A DNA stretch of 64,000 nt, taken from assembly GCF_009914755.1 (NCBI RefSeq), contig NC_060925.1. One strand, given 5' to 3'. Position 1 is the stretch's first letter. Each line of letters starts with the position of its first letter. Of this stretch, positions 53,419 to 64,000 are shown piece by piece. The notes beneath the pieces were generated by a model that saw only the letters and a list, made by a program, of their open reading frames with translations, was not told the origin of the DNA and did no database searches. The position numbers were made by a program, and so were the translations under genes. Origin of the DNA: the human T2T-CHM13v2.0 reference genome, Homo sapiens.

Positions 53419-53637
53419 GTCTCCACTTCTTCTGTGGTTGAAGGAAAGGAGCTCCCCACGAGAAGTTCAAGTGAAAATGCCAAAGTGACAAGCCTGGACA
53501 GCAGCTCCCATAGAATCATCGCAGTTCACTATGTACTAGAGGAGAGCAGCGGCTACATGGAGCCCACGTTGCGTATCTTAGCTATTCTGCACACGGTCAT
53601 TTCTTTCTTCTGCATCATTGGATACTACTGCTTGAAA
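53419..53637 (+). CDS. RYR2: RYR2 exon ~94 (219 nt) luminal S1-S2 loop and S2 helix
   Basis: aatcag acceptor, AAA|gtaaga donor; VSTSSVVEG...[11 protein letters not shown]. Confidence 0.98.
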
Positions 53638-53660
53638 GTAAGATAGTAAGGCACCAAGGT

Positions 53661-53663
<3 letters not shown>

Positions 53664-53698
<35 letters not shown>

Positions 53699-53703
53699 GT
53701 GTG

Positions 53704-53736
<33 letters not shown>
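53664..53736. repeat. (TG)n microsatellite with two CG interruptions
   Basis: About 36 dinucleotide units beginning 26 nt after the exon-94 donor. Confidence 0.97.
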
Positions 53737-54010
53737 TTTGCAGGCTGGACTTCTGGGGAAGCAGATTCTGAGCTGGAAACTTTGTGCACAAAGTTTCTGA
53801 GGGAATGCTCCATGAATCAACATGCATGGGGCAAATGGAGGAAGGATGGGACAGAGGGGAAAGCTGGGCTACTGTAGACAGACACAGCAGGTGCCGTCTC
53901 CAAAGCTGGGATGCCCCTTCAGGGCTGTCCTGGCCTGGGGCATTGGAGCCTGGCCTTTTTATGTCTACATTGACTAGTCTGCCCTGGGAAGGGGCTATGG
54001 CCATGAGCTG
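53737..54010. mobile_element. Old ERVL-type LTR fragment
   Basis: ggctggacttctggggaagcagattctgagctgga... resembles LTR16/LTR33-type ends; tentative. Confidence 0.45.
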
Positions 54011-55178
54011 TCTTAAAGTAGCTTTCTTTCATATACTGATAATTATTCACATAGAGAATTTCGCCTATAACTTGGCCCTACAGAAGTGAGCTCACCCACC
54101 CACTATGTCTCATGGTAATGCAGTGATACTTGGTGTATTAAGACTTATAGAAATATATTGTGTCAATCCTGGGAGTCATTTTATTGTTTTATTATGAGGG
54201 AAGTATCTACTGCTATTCTTGGCAGAAATGCCTCATGATTTGTCACACTTCACCCAGAAAATAATGCAGCTTTATCCCCAGAGGCCTGCCAAGGGAACAA
54301 TATAATTTGGTGAATAGAACCCAAGATAATCTCTCTGAGTGCTCAGGGCTGCCCATTACCTGTCCAAACCTCTTTATCTTTTCCTAGCAAGGTGCTTTTT
54401 TACTGTAATGCCTTTATTTCACTTTCACTGTCCTCTGCCTCTGGTTATAAATCTTGCAGAAGACGTGTGAAAAACCAGGGCTCAGAGTAAAAGACTAGAA
54501 TGTAAAGAGTTATTCAGGAACTCCTTTCCTCCCGTTTATTCTGTTTTATGGGAGTGCATATTCTTGGCTATTTCCAGAATATCAGTGTCTATCTGCTATC
54601 TGTGCCTTGTGTAAAGTCTGTCCGTGTAAAAAGAGAATCATTATGTTCTAGAAAATCATTATGTTCTGGAAATATTTTGACAAACTGACAGATTTTTGCT
54701 GATGTCGAAATTAAAATTTATCTCAAAATAGTATGTGGTGATGCTGAGCATGAAATTATTAAAGAGGTTTCTCAAATAAAACTGCACTTTAGTAGCATGC
54801 ATTTGGGAACATTGCTGCAATTGCTAAATTTTATTTCATTCATTCATGTTGAGAGATATATGTAAACAAAATGATTTTGCATAATCATCTTTTCATCTTT
54901 GAAGTTTAAAAATGATTTCACTAGTGTAATTATCTATAAGACCCTATGTGTTTAAAAACATATGCATATATGTAATATCTATTCTATCTTCTGTTTTTCC
55001 AAAACCTTCTAGATGCTTCTTCCTGCTTGAATATAGCTGATTCATTTTCATTCCATTTTTACCTTCCTAGAAGTACACAGGAAATATTTCTTTCCAAAAG
55101 CTGTTTTGTAAAGATAGTGACCACAAGATATGCCAGTAAATCTAAACTAATTTTAACGTATTTATTTTTCCTATGTAG

Positions 55179-55309
55179 GTCCCATTGGTTATTTTTAAGC
55201 GAGAAAAGGAAGTGGCACGGAAATTGGAATTTGATGGGCTTTATATTACAGAACAGCCTTCAGAAGATGATATTAAAGGCCAGTGGGATAGACTCGTAAT
55301 CAACACACA
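55179..55309 (+). CDS. RYR2: RYR2 exon ~95 (131 nt) [44 protein letters not shown]
   Basis: atgtag acceptor, ACA|gtgagt donor. Confidence 0.98.
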
Positions 55310-56600
55310 GTGAGTAAATAATTATATGAGACTTTCTGCACTCAAAAATTTCAGACATGAAAATATTTGGTTGGAGTTCCTGCAGATTTGTCAAAAGTTT
55401 AGCAGAGGTGAATAATAGTTATATATTCAGCCAAGAAAAATCTAAAGACTCAGTGCTGTCCAACTCTTAATGGTGGATGTCCTCAATTTTTGCCCTCTGA
55501 GTTCTGAATTCCTTAATTAAAAATGGCTTAGAGTTCATTTCCACAGCACTGATGGAACTTCACATCCATTACTCAGCGTTCAGGGATGTGTGTAGCAGGA
55601 AGTGCATGACCTGCAGGCAGGGTTATCTCATCCAAAAGCAGAGGCAAAAATTATTCATTAACGAAAAAGTTGTAGCATTAAAGGAAAATGCATTGAATTT
55701 TACACCTTGAATATATCTGAGTTATCAACTTTCAGTACCATCAAGCACCCTAGCATGAAACTAACTAAATATTAGGACACGGTGTAAAATGTAAGACAGA
55801 AAAACAAATGCTTTTTCTATCCAATAAACATTTAGCCCTGTGAGATCAAGACCCAAACTACTAGCTGCTGTTCTGAGTATAAGTCCATCACAAAAGTATA
55901 ATTTTTCACTGTAAAAAGAATTAGTGCAATAGTTGTAATAGTTTATATTTACTATTCGAGTGAAATCTTTTTAAAATTGTGATTAGTTTTGCTAATTAAA
56001 AAGTCATTTGCTAATGGGTTCCGAGTTGTCAAATGGAGATTATTTATACATGATACATGTTTATCCTAAATGCTAAATGTTTTGTTTAGCAATTCTACCA
56101 TTAATACTAATTTCTAAGCAAGTCAGTCCCTTTAGGCAAACTCTCTATGTATTAGTGAAGACGCTAGAGTTGTGCTTTGCTGCTATGCTCGAAGTTTCTG
56201 TGAGGATAAGTGGTGGGAAAGAGATTTTTTTCTTCATGGGAAAAACAATGACAGGTTTCTAGATACTTTAATTTTTAAAGGCAATTGATAAACAGGTCTA
56301 TGTACTGATATGTTATAAACAAATAAATATAACAATGCTACCTAATAAATATGCTCATATTCTTCTCCATTAAAGTATCAGCTTATAATCTTTTGTATAT
56401 ATTTACATGTTAATATTTAAAATAATATTCAAATACCTATGATGCAGGAAATTATGTGATGTTAGCCAAATTCATTGTAAGTTTACGTGGCAGGATATAT
56501 GTTTACATATTATTTTAAGTATGCCATATATCCCAAATGATATGTTATTATTTGTCATTAAAAATAATACTATTTACTTCTATGCTTTTGTATATTTTAG

Positions 56601-56643
56601 GTCATTTCCCAACAACTACTGGGACAAATTTGTTAAAAGAAAG
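56601..56643 (+). CDS. RYR2: RYR2 exon ~96 (43 nt) SFPNNYWDKFVKRK
   Basis: ttttag acceptor, AAG|gtaata donor. Confidence 0.98.
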
Positions 56644-56762
56644 GTAATATTACTTGGAATCCTCTACATTTTTCTTAAAGCACAGTTTAGATTTTTATTT
56701 GATGTGATTCAGATGTAGAATAAGATATTGAGGTATAATTTATCTGCCTATTAATGTCTCCA

Positions 56763-57062
56763 TTTTTTTTTTTTAATTTTTGAGATGGAGTCTCACTCCG
56801 TCACCCAGGCTGGAGTGCAGTAGCGCGATCTCAGCTCACTGCAACCTCAGCTGCCCAGTTCAAGCAATTCTCCTGCCTCAGTCTCCCGAGTGGCTGGGAT
56901 TCCAGGCGCCTGCCACCACACCCGGCTAATTTTTGTATTTTTAGTCGAGATGGGGTTTCGCCATGTTGGCCTGGCTGGTCTCTGACTCCTGACCTCAGGT
57001 GATCTGCCCGCCTTGACCTACCAAAGTGCTGGGATTAAAGGCATGAGCCACCACATCCGGCC
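56763..57062 (-). mobile_element. Alu (AluS-like), antisense
   Basis: Full reverse dimer. Confidence 0.96.
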
Positions 57063-57091
57063 AAATATGAATTTCAAGAATAGCACATAAT

Positions 57092-57118
57092 GGCCGGGCG
57101 CGGTGGCTCACGCCTGTA
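57092..57118 (+). mobile_element. 27-nt Alu 5' stub
   Basis: ggccgggcgcggtggctcacgcctgta, exact Alu consensus start. Confidence 0.9.
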
Positions 57119-57153
57119 TGTATATACAGGTATGTATGTGTGTGTGTGTATAT

Positions 57154-57186
<33 letters not shown>

Positions 57187-57352
57187 CACATATATATATA
57201 CACACATATATGGATACACACACATATGCACGCGTATGTGTGTACATATGTATGTGTGCATATGTGTACATATGTATGTATATGTATATATGTATATACA
57301 TATATAAATGTGTACATGTACATATATGTATATTTGTAAATGTACATATATA
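57119..57352. repeat. Compound (TA)/(TG)/(CA) microsatellite
   Basis: About 230 nt of alternating purine-pyrimidine sequence. Confidence 0.95.
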
Positions 57353-57911
57353 TTTTTTTACTTTGTTAGAAGCAATGTGTTCGATTTTTATGTGGAGGAG
57401 GTACAAGTGTTTTGTTCCCTCGTGACCTGGCATCTTGAGTCGCACTGCGCTAGTGCATCTGAGGACACCCAAATTAGGCAAAAGCTGTGAAAGAATAATT
57501 TTAAAATGGTTTTAAATAGATAATTTGAACATTTTATTCCTATTATTTAATGGAATAAGGAAGAAGCTTCTAAATTATTAAAGCAAGAGTTTCTTGCTTT
57601 AATGAAGAAAACTCTATATCTGTAGTCAAATAAATAGGTAAACCATAATGGCAGCTAATCCTGTTCCTGGATTTCCCGCTATGGTACCTAATTTGTCCTG
57701 CAGGGAATGTGAGGACACAGTCCCGAGAGAATCCCCCGGCTCAAATCAGCCCAGCCCATTTTTAGCACTGTGAGAATAATGCAAAACAAATGGTTTTAAT
57801 TAACCTAAGTAGTTCATGTTCATAGGCTCTTTCTTTTGGTTTCTTTTAATTTACTTGATTGCATACATTCAGAAAAAGCCAATTTTTATATCTGTTAATC
57901 CCTTCTTTTCA

Positions 57912-57983
57912 TCAGTATATTTCCTTCTTCATTCACTTCAATCTTGTTCAGTATATTTCCTTCTTCATTCACTTCAATCTTGT
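57912..57983. repeat. 36-bp perfect tandem duplication
   Basis: tcagtatatttccttcttcattcacttcaatcttgt x2. Confidence 0.95.
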
Positions 57984-58052
57984 ATTTTCACATTCTGTCT
58001 CCTTTTCTAATCTTTTCTCCTGTATAGTGGACTCCTTTTTTGCTACCAGTGA

Positions 58053-58395
<343 letters not shown>

Positions 58396-59348
58396 TCCAT
58401 TTTCATTACTGTGTAAGACTCACTCAGGAGGTATATGAACCAGAGGCCAAGAAGAGCTGTATCCCAGAGTTGGACATAACTGAGCTCACAGGGGAGCTGT
58501 GAGCACATCCAAGCCCTGCTCTAAAAACATGACAAATGGGCAAAGCCAGGCAGATGGGACAGAAGAGAAATAAGCAAGGAAGCTGAAGGGGATTGTTAAG
58601 AATTATTCTAATGATTGATAGACATGGAATCTATACTAGATGCTAATTAAAATGAGGATGGTGACAAGGTTGCAGGTCCTGGTGTTTTACTGAAGAATTG
58701 CTGGGGTCAGGATACTCAGGGGAGTGGGTTAGAAAGATGGGCATTGTGGCCAGAGAGTTGAAGGGTTGAAATTGAGACCATGGAAGGATGCCACCCCTGT
58801 GATGTGCCCCCTATTGGCATGCAGAGGTCTATGCAGAAGATCATTGGCTGGGGAGTCAGGCATGGCCTGGTTGCTTCCTGGACCCATCTCTTGCTGAGTT
58901 TAGCAAACTTAGGCACATTACATGAAGTTTTCTAAGGTACAGTTTCTTTATCTGCAGAATATCAATAACGTGAAACCTACATATTGTGACAGTCACATGG
59001 AATGAAGCATAATTTCTGGCACAAAGTATTAATTTAGTAAAGGTCGTTCTCATTCCATTTCCCTCCATTTCTTATGCTTTTATTTCAGCTCATCATCTTC
59101 TTTGGTATGACTCCCTCTCTTGAATGAGAGAGAAATCTTGTTCCTCAGATAGGTATTATGTAAGATGCTGTGAATTTGTTTAGACCTTAAGCAGTGTGAT
59201 CACAGAAGGTGAGCCACACACTAGATTTTAAGTGATTGTTAGGGCAAATATACAGTAAGTATAAAAATAATTAGATGTTTTATACACACATATAGATGAT
59301 GTTACTTAATGGTTGAAGCCAACAAAATGCTTTTTCTCATACCCCAAG

Positions 59349-59482
59349 GTTATGGATAAATATGGAGAGTTCTACGGCCGAGACAGAATCAGTGAATTAC
59401 TTGGCATGGACAAGGCAGCTCTGGACTTCAGTGATGCCAGAGAAAAGAAGAAGCCAAAGAAAGACAGCTCCTTATCAGCTGT
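59349..59482 (+). CDS. RYR2: RYR2 exon ~97 (134 nt) VMDKYGEFYGRDRISELLGMDKAALDFSDAREKKKPKKDSSLSA-V
   Basis: cccaag acceptor, TGT|gtaagt donor. Confidence 0.98.
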
Positions 59483-60088
59483 GTAAGTGTTACTTCGGCT
59501 CTATCCTACAGACTTAGATTGAAAGGGGAAAACATTAATACATTTTTAAACTTGTGCATTGATTTCCTTTCCTTCAATGTCAGAAGAATAGATAGATGAG
59601 GAAAACAGAAAGTATATAAAGTCTACTTTTACACTTCTTGGTATTTGGAACTCTGGAATTATTGGATTTTTTTTCTATTAATTTTTGGAGGTACCTTTTA
59701 ATATTTATAAGAGAACAGAAAGACTATGTTTTTTACTTAATTTGCCTTTTCTGTCTTTAAATGATCCTTAAATCTAAGTAAAACACATGCAAAAACTCAA
59801 TATATGGCTGTTTTCTGGTAATTCCTGTTTGAAAAAACGTTAATTTTCTTATGTTTTGGAAAAGGGAACTATGTAGCCCTTGTATTTAAAATGTTCAGAG
59901 GAACTCATATTACTTTACTATAAGTATTGTATTGTTTTGAACAGCAAAGGCTTAGTGCGTCAGAAATAATATACCATCATACCATTACTTGTAAAGTTTA
60001 CTTCAAAATGAAACACTCTTTATATACTGCTTTCATGGAATAATATGTTTCTAAACCAGTTGAGTTGAATGCACCTGAATTTAAATGT

Positions 60089-60114
60089 CACACACACACA
60101 CACACACACACACA
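60089..60114. repeat. (CA)n microsatellite
   Basis: About 13 CA units. Confidence 0.95.
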
Positions 60115-62560
60115 TATAGTGTGAGTGTACAGATATATACATACATCCATTTAGCAAATTTGATCAACTGAATCTCTGGAATAAAAGTAAAACATGCTTT
60201 TAAAAACGTAATTGCTTATTGTAGTCACTTAATGATTTTGGAAGAAACATAATACTTTCTCTTAACATGAGTAGGGATGTGATGGTTACTTTGAAAACAT
60301 ATTTCTGGTTCTGTGAAGCAGTATTATTTTCTTAATCTGTTAGCTAGCATTAAAAAGATAGTTTAGCTGGCCTATCTCATTGGTCATATTGTTTTTATCT
60401 ATCTGAAAACTTATTAAGGTGAACTTGTTTTTGAACTTACTGAAAACAACTTGGATCAGCAAATATGAATTAAGTTCCAAAATATTACTTGAGTACTCTA
60501 GGAAAACAAATGTATATTTAAACGTTGTGCCGCTGCCTGTAAAATGAAACACCGATGGGCAATCCTTAGGATCTGTGTTCCTTATGTTAGAATATCATGA
60601 AACAAGAACTAGGGTGTGAGGCTGAGCATCCCACAAACATTTTCAGATCCTTAACAAGCAATATAGAATTAAATAGTTTTACTGAGTTATGCATTTTCTG
60701 TGGTCATATTTGTGACTCTAAAAAAAAGTCTGAAAAAATAGAAGGGAAGTTTAGACTGTTTTTCTACTATGAAGAAATAGTTTTAAATTGGCATAGTTTT
60801 CTACCATTATACATAGTAACTGTTTGTAAGTAAGTTTGACCCCTAGCAAAGTACCAAGAAGTTCATATGGCATTTAACACCTTGACATATGGAGAATAAA
60901 ATTAGAAGAATAAAGTTCTGGTAAATAATGTACAACTAGGAAAAAGATTTACATATAATGTCTCTTTACTAAAGCATTTAGGAAGGTCAGGTTTTAAAAG
61001 ATTATCCGATTTCTATATGAACGCTATCTTAATGGGAACATTCAAATACAAAATGATTTATATATTTATTTATCAAACACATAAGGCTTGGTATGTGCAC
61101 CTTTAAATAAGTGGCCAGCTCCATTCCTGGGGGTGGAATAGCTGCAAGCAGTCTGGAAGGCTGCAGGTGTCTTCATTTGCGTCCTCACTGGGGAGGAAAG
61201 GAGCTCATGTCTCAAAACATCTCCAAAACTCACCTTCCTGGTTATAGTTTACCCTTGACTGGAGCTTTGGAGTCCCCCCGCCCCCCAACCAGGAAGGCCG
61301 TGTTCTGATTGGCTTAGCTCAGCCATGGCCCTCCCCCAGAGGTGGGGTCAGCCTCACCGAAACAAACAGCATGGCTGCCACCTACGGGTGAGAAATGAGT
61401 GCTGTGTGATACTGATGGTATATTGTCACACTAATGTATGCTAGAGATGGAAAATAACTCATAAGAATAACTTTTAAAATAAAATAAATAAGAAACCACC
61501 ATAGGAAATTCATACATCCTGATATAAACCATTATTCTGTTTTAGATTGCTTTAATGTAAAATAATTATGCTCCCATGCAAACTACTACATTTTTTCCCC
61601 CAACTCTTCCTTTTTTCATTTAAGAAAAAAAATTCTTATATTGAAACCTGTTGTAAATATTTGTGGCACTTTTTTTAAAGGCTCCTGTGATAATAAAATT
61701 AATTATAGTTCAAAGATAACTTTATTTAAGGAAAAAAAAATTGTTTTTAATCCTGGAGTAAGTTAAATGAGCCTTAACCCTTAGTGAAAAAAATCTCCTA
61801 AAAAGTCACCTTCGATTTGCAACTACTTAGCATTTATAATTTAAGAAAGATTCGCTTAATTAAAAGAAATGATTAAAGAAGTCAATAAAGACTAAAACAT
61901 TAAATCTAGAGAAACCCTTTAGAAAATAATATTGCCATTATGTTATATTGCATTATTTCATATCAATTACTTAGAGCTGGAATATTGGAAAGGCTGGGAA
62001 AGTTACAATTTCTAGCCTATAAATCAGTGGCAAGTTCTGAAAAAATGAAAATTAACACATATATTTTAATATACGTGTTTGTAATCTGCAAAGATCACAA
62101 ATATTTACTTTAGTATTTATCCATTCAACATATATGTATTTAGACATTCAGTGTGTGAGCTGGGGAGTTCACAGACAAGTGAGAGAGGCATATAACCACC
62201 TACATGCATATACCAGCACCCACAACTGTAAGACAATGTGGAAAATAATAATAAAAGGAATTGTCTACAAAATGCTATGAGAACTGAGGGGAAGGGCTAA
62301 ATTCCTGCCTGGATGTAAAAGGAAACAGAGAAGGTGAATTTTCTGGAAATGAAGTAAAAACAAAACAATTTAAAAGCTCTTTCATTTATAAAATAAGGTA
62401 GTTGTAAAATAAATGTGTATATTTATGCTAGCTTTTATTATTTGAATCAAAAGTTATTCTGTTGGAATGCAATTGCAAGTGCATATGAAAGTGAGGAAAT
62501 GTTTGATGTGTACATATGTTGGCCAATTTAGTACAGTTTCAAGGAATAAATGTTATATGT

Positions 62561-62978
<418 letters not shown>

Positions 62979-63167
62979 TCATGAAACTCTAGGATACAGT
63001 GTCAGAGTTGGCTCTCAGCTCCTCCCTTGGCATCTGGGATAGAACTCGTTTCCCAAGAAGGTGTCCAAGTCTTGTCCCATTGAATGTGAAGGCCGTCAGG
63101 CTCTCGCAAGCCTATGAGTCTTTGGTTAATGTGCATAACTACGCATTTTTTTTTTTTGTCATTGCAG

Positions 63168-63228
63168 ACTGAACTCCATTGATGTGAAGTATCAGATGTG
63201 GAAACTAGGAGTCGTTTTCACTGACAAC
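63168..63228 (+). CDS. RYR2: RYR2 exon ~98 (61 nt) LNSIDVKYQMWKLGVVFTDN
   Basis: Poly-T + ttgcag acceptor, AAC|gtaagc donor. Confidence 0.98.
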
Positions 63229-64000
63229 GTAAGCCTACTTCATTATCACAAAAGAAAATGCACTCTGATTAGATAAGACTGTGGGAGTTCTGCAGATGGA
63301 AGGCTGGTTATTTAGAAAATGTTTCGAATACCAATTCATTTCATACAGACCAGATCTGGAGAGAGACCCACAGAATGATATGATTAATGAGCCCATCTCT
63401 CATTCCATTTCTTTCAATAGCTGAAATAGTAAAATGAAAATATATGAAAAACTGAGATGCAGATTTGTGAGTACGTTCATTAAGGTTTTAATTGGACAAT
63501 GGCATACTTCAGTTTTATAGATGTTAAAAAGAAACTCCTAAATAATTTTAAAAGAACATTAATTGTGCTAAATTTAGGTTTTCCCCAAATTAAGTACATT
63601 AACTTATGGAGTTTTATTTTATTTTTTTTATTCTCCTTTTACCAAAGAGCCTTTGGAGACTAAATATAGGGCCGTAATATATATCCAAATAGAAAAAAAT
63701 TACCTATTACTAAAAACCGCCAGGTGTCTCAAGATTTCACTCTTTAATTTTAGCACTGACTTTTATAGTTCACGTTAGTTCCATTCTCCTATTTAGAAGC
63801 ATTTGATAGCCCCCAAATTCTCCTGCCTCTATCCTTATCCCTTCCCTCATCCAGCCATGGGCCCAGAACTCTGGGTGTCTTAGGAGCATTCTCTAAGAGT
63901 TCAAAATCAGGTCTTCCAAGTATCTTTCAGAACCATAAACTATTAATACACTATCTTACAACTAATTTCTCATCCAAATGGGAGCAACTCCCCTGAATAA

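Noticed and set aside
53578-54089. HT/VC-repeat ORFs (also 19697-19965 and 56995-57490)
   Set aside because: Translations of dinucleotide microsatellites.

Overview
This is primate, almost certainly human, genomic DNA: an internal 64-kb slice of RYR2 (cardiac ryanodine receptor) on the + strand. Nineteen constitutive GT-AG exons splice in frame. They correspond to exons ~80-98 of the 105-exon model (about residues S3698-N4717; numbering recalled and anchored on the 1298-nt exon 90). They encode the central domain with Ca2+-site residues E3848/E3922, the EF-hand pair, the divergent DR1 region, TM S1-S2 and the S2-S3 domain. Introns are AT-rich, with 14 near-full-length Alus plus one 27-nt Alu stub, MIR/L2/L1/LTR/DNA-transposon relics, microsatellites and several local duplications. 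Most ORF-track entries are Alu or low-complexity noise. The most interesting signal is a set of frame-preserving cassette exons hidden in two introns. Intron 80 holds the known 24-nt VTGSQRSK exon and a candidate 57-nt exon (HDIIKDLRNKFASLGENSL). Intron 84 holds a candidate 18-nt exon (VITHER, positional paralog of RYR1 ASII) and a candidate 33-nt exon (ASHFESHRLRT, followed by a dense YCAY cluster). These candidates rest on sequence reading only; whether they are already annotated could not be checked. No prokaryotic-type system, RNA gene or CRISPR array is evident.
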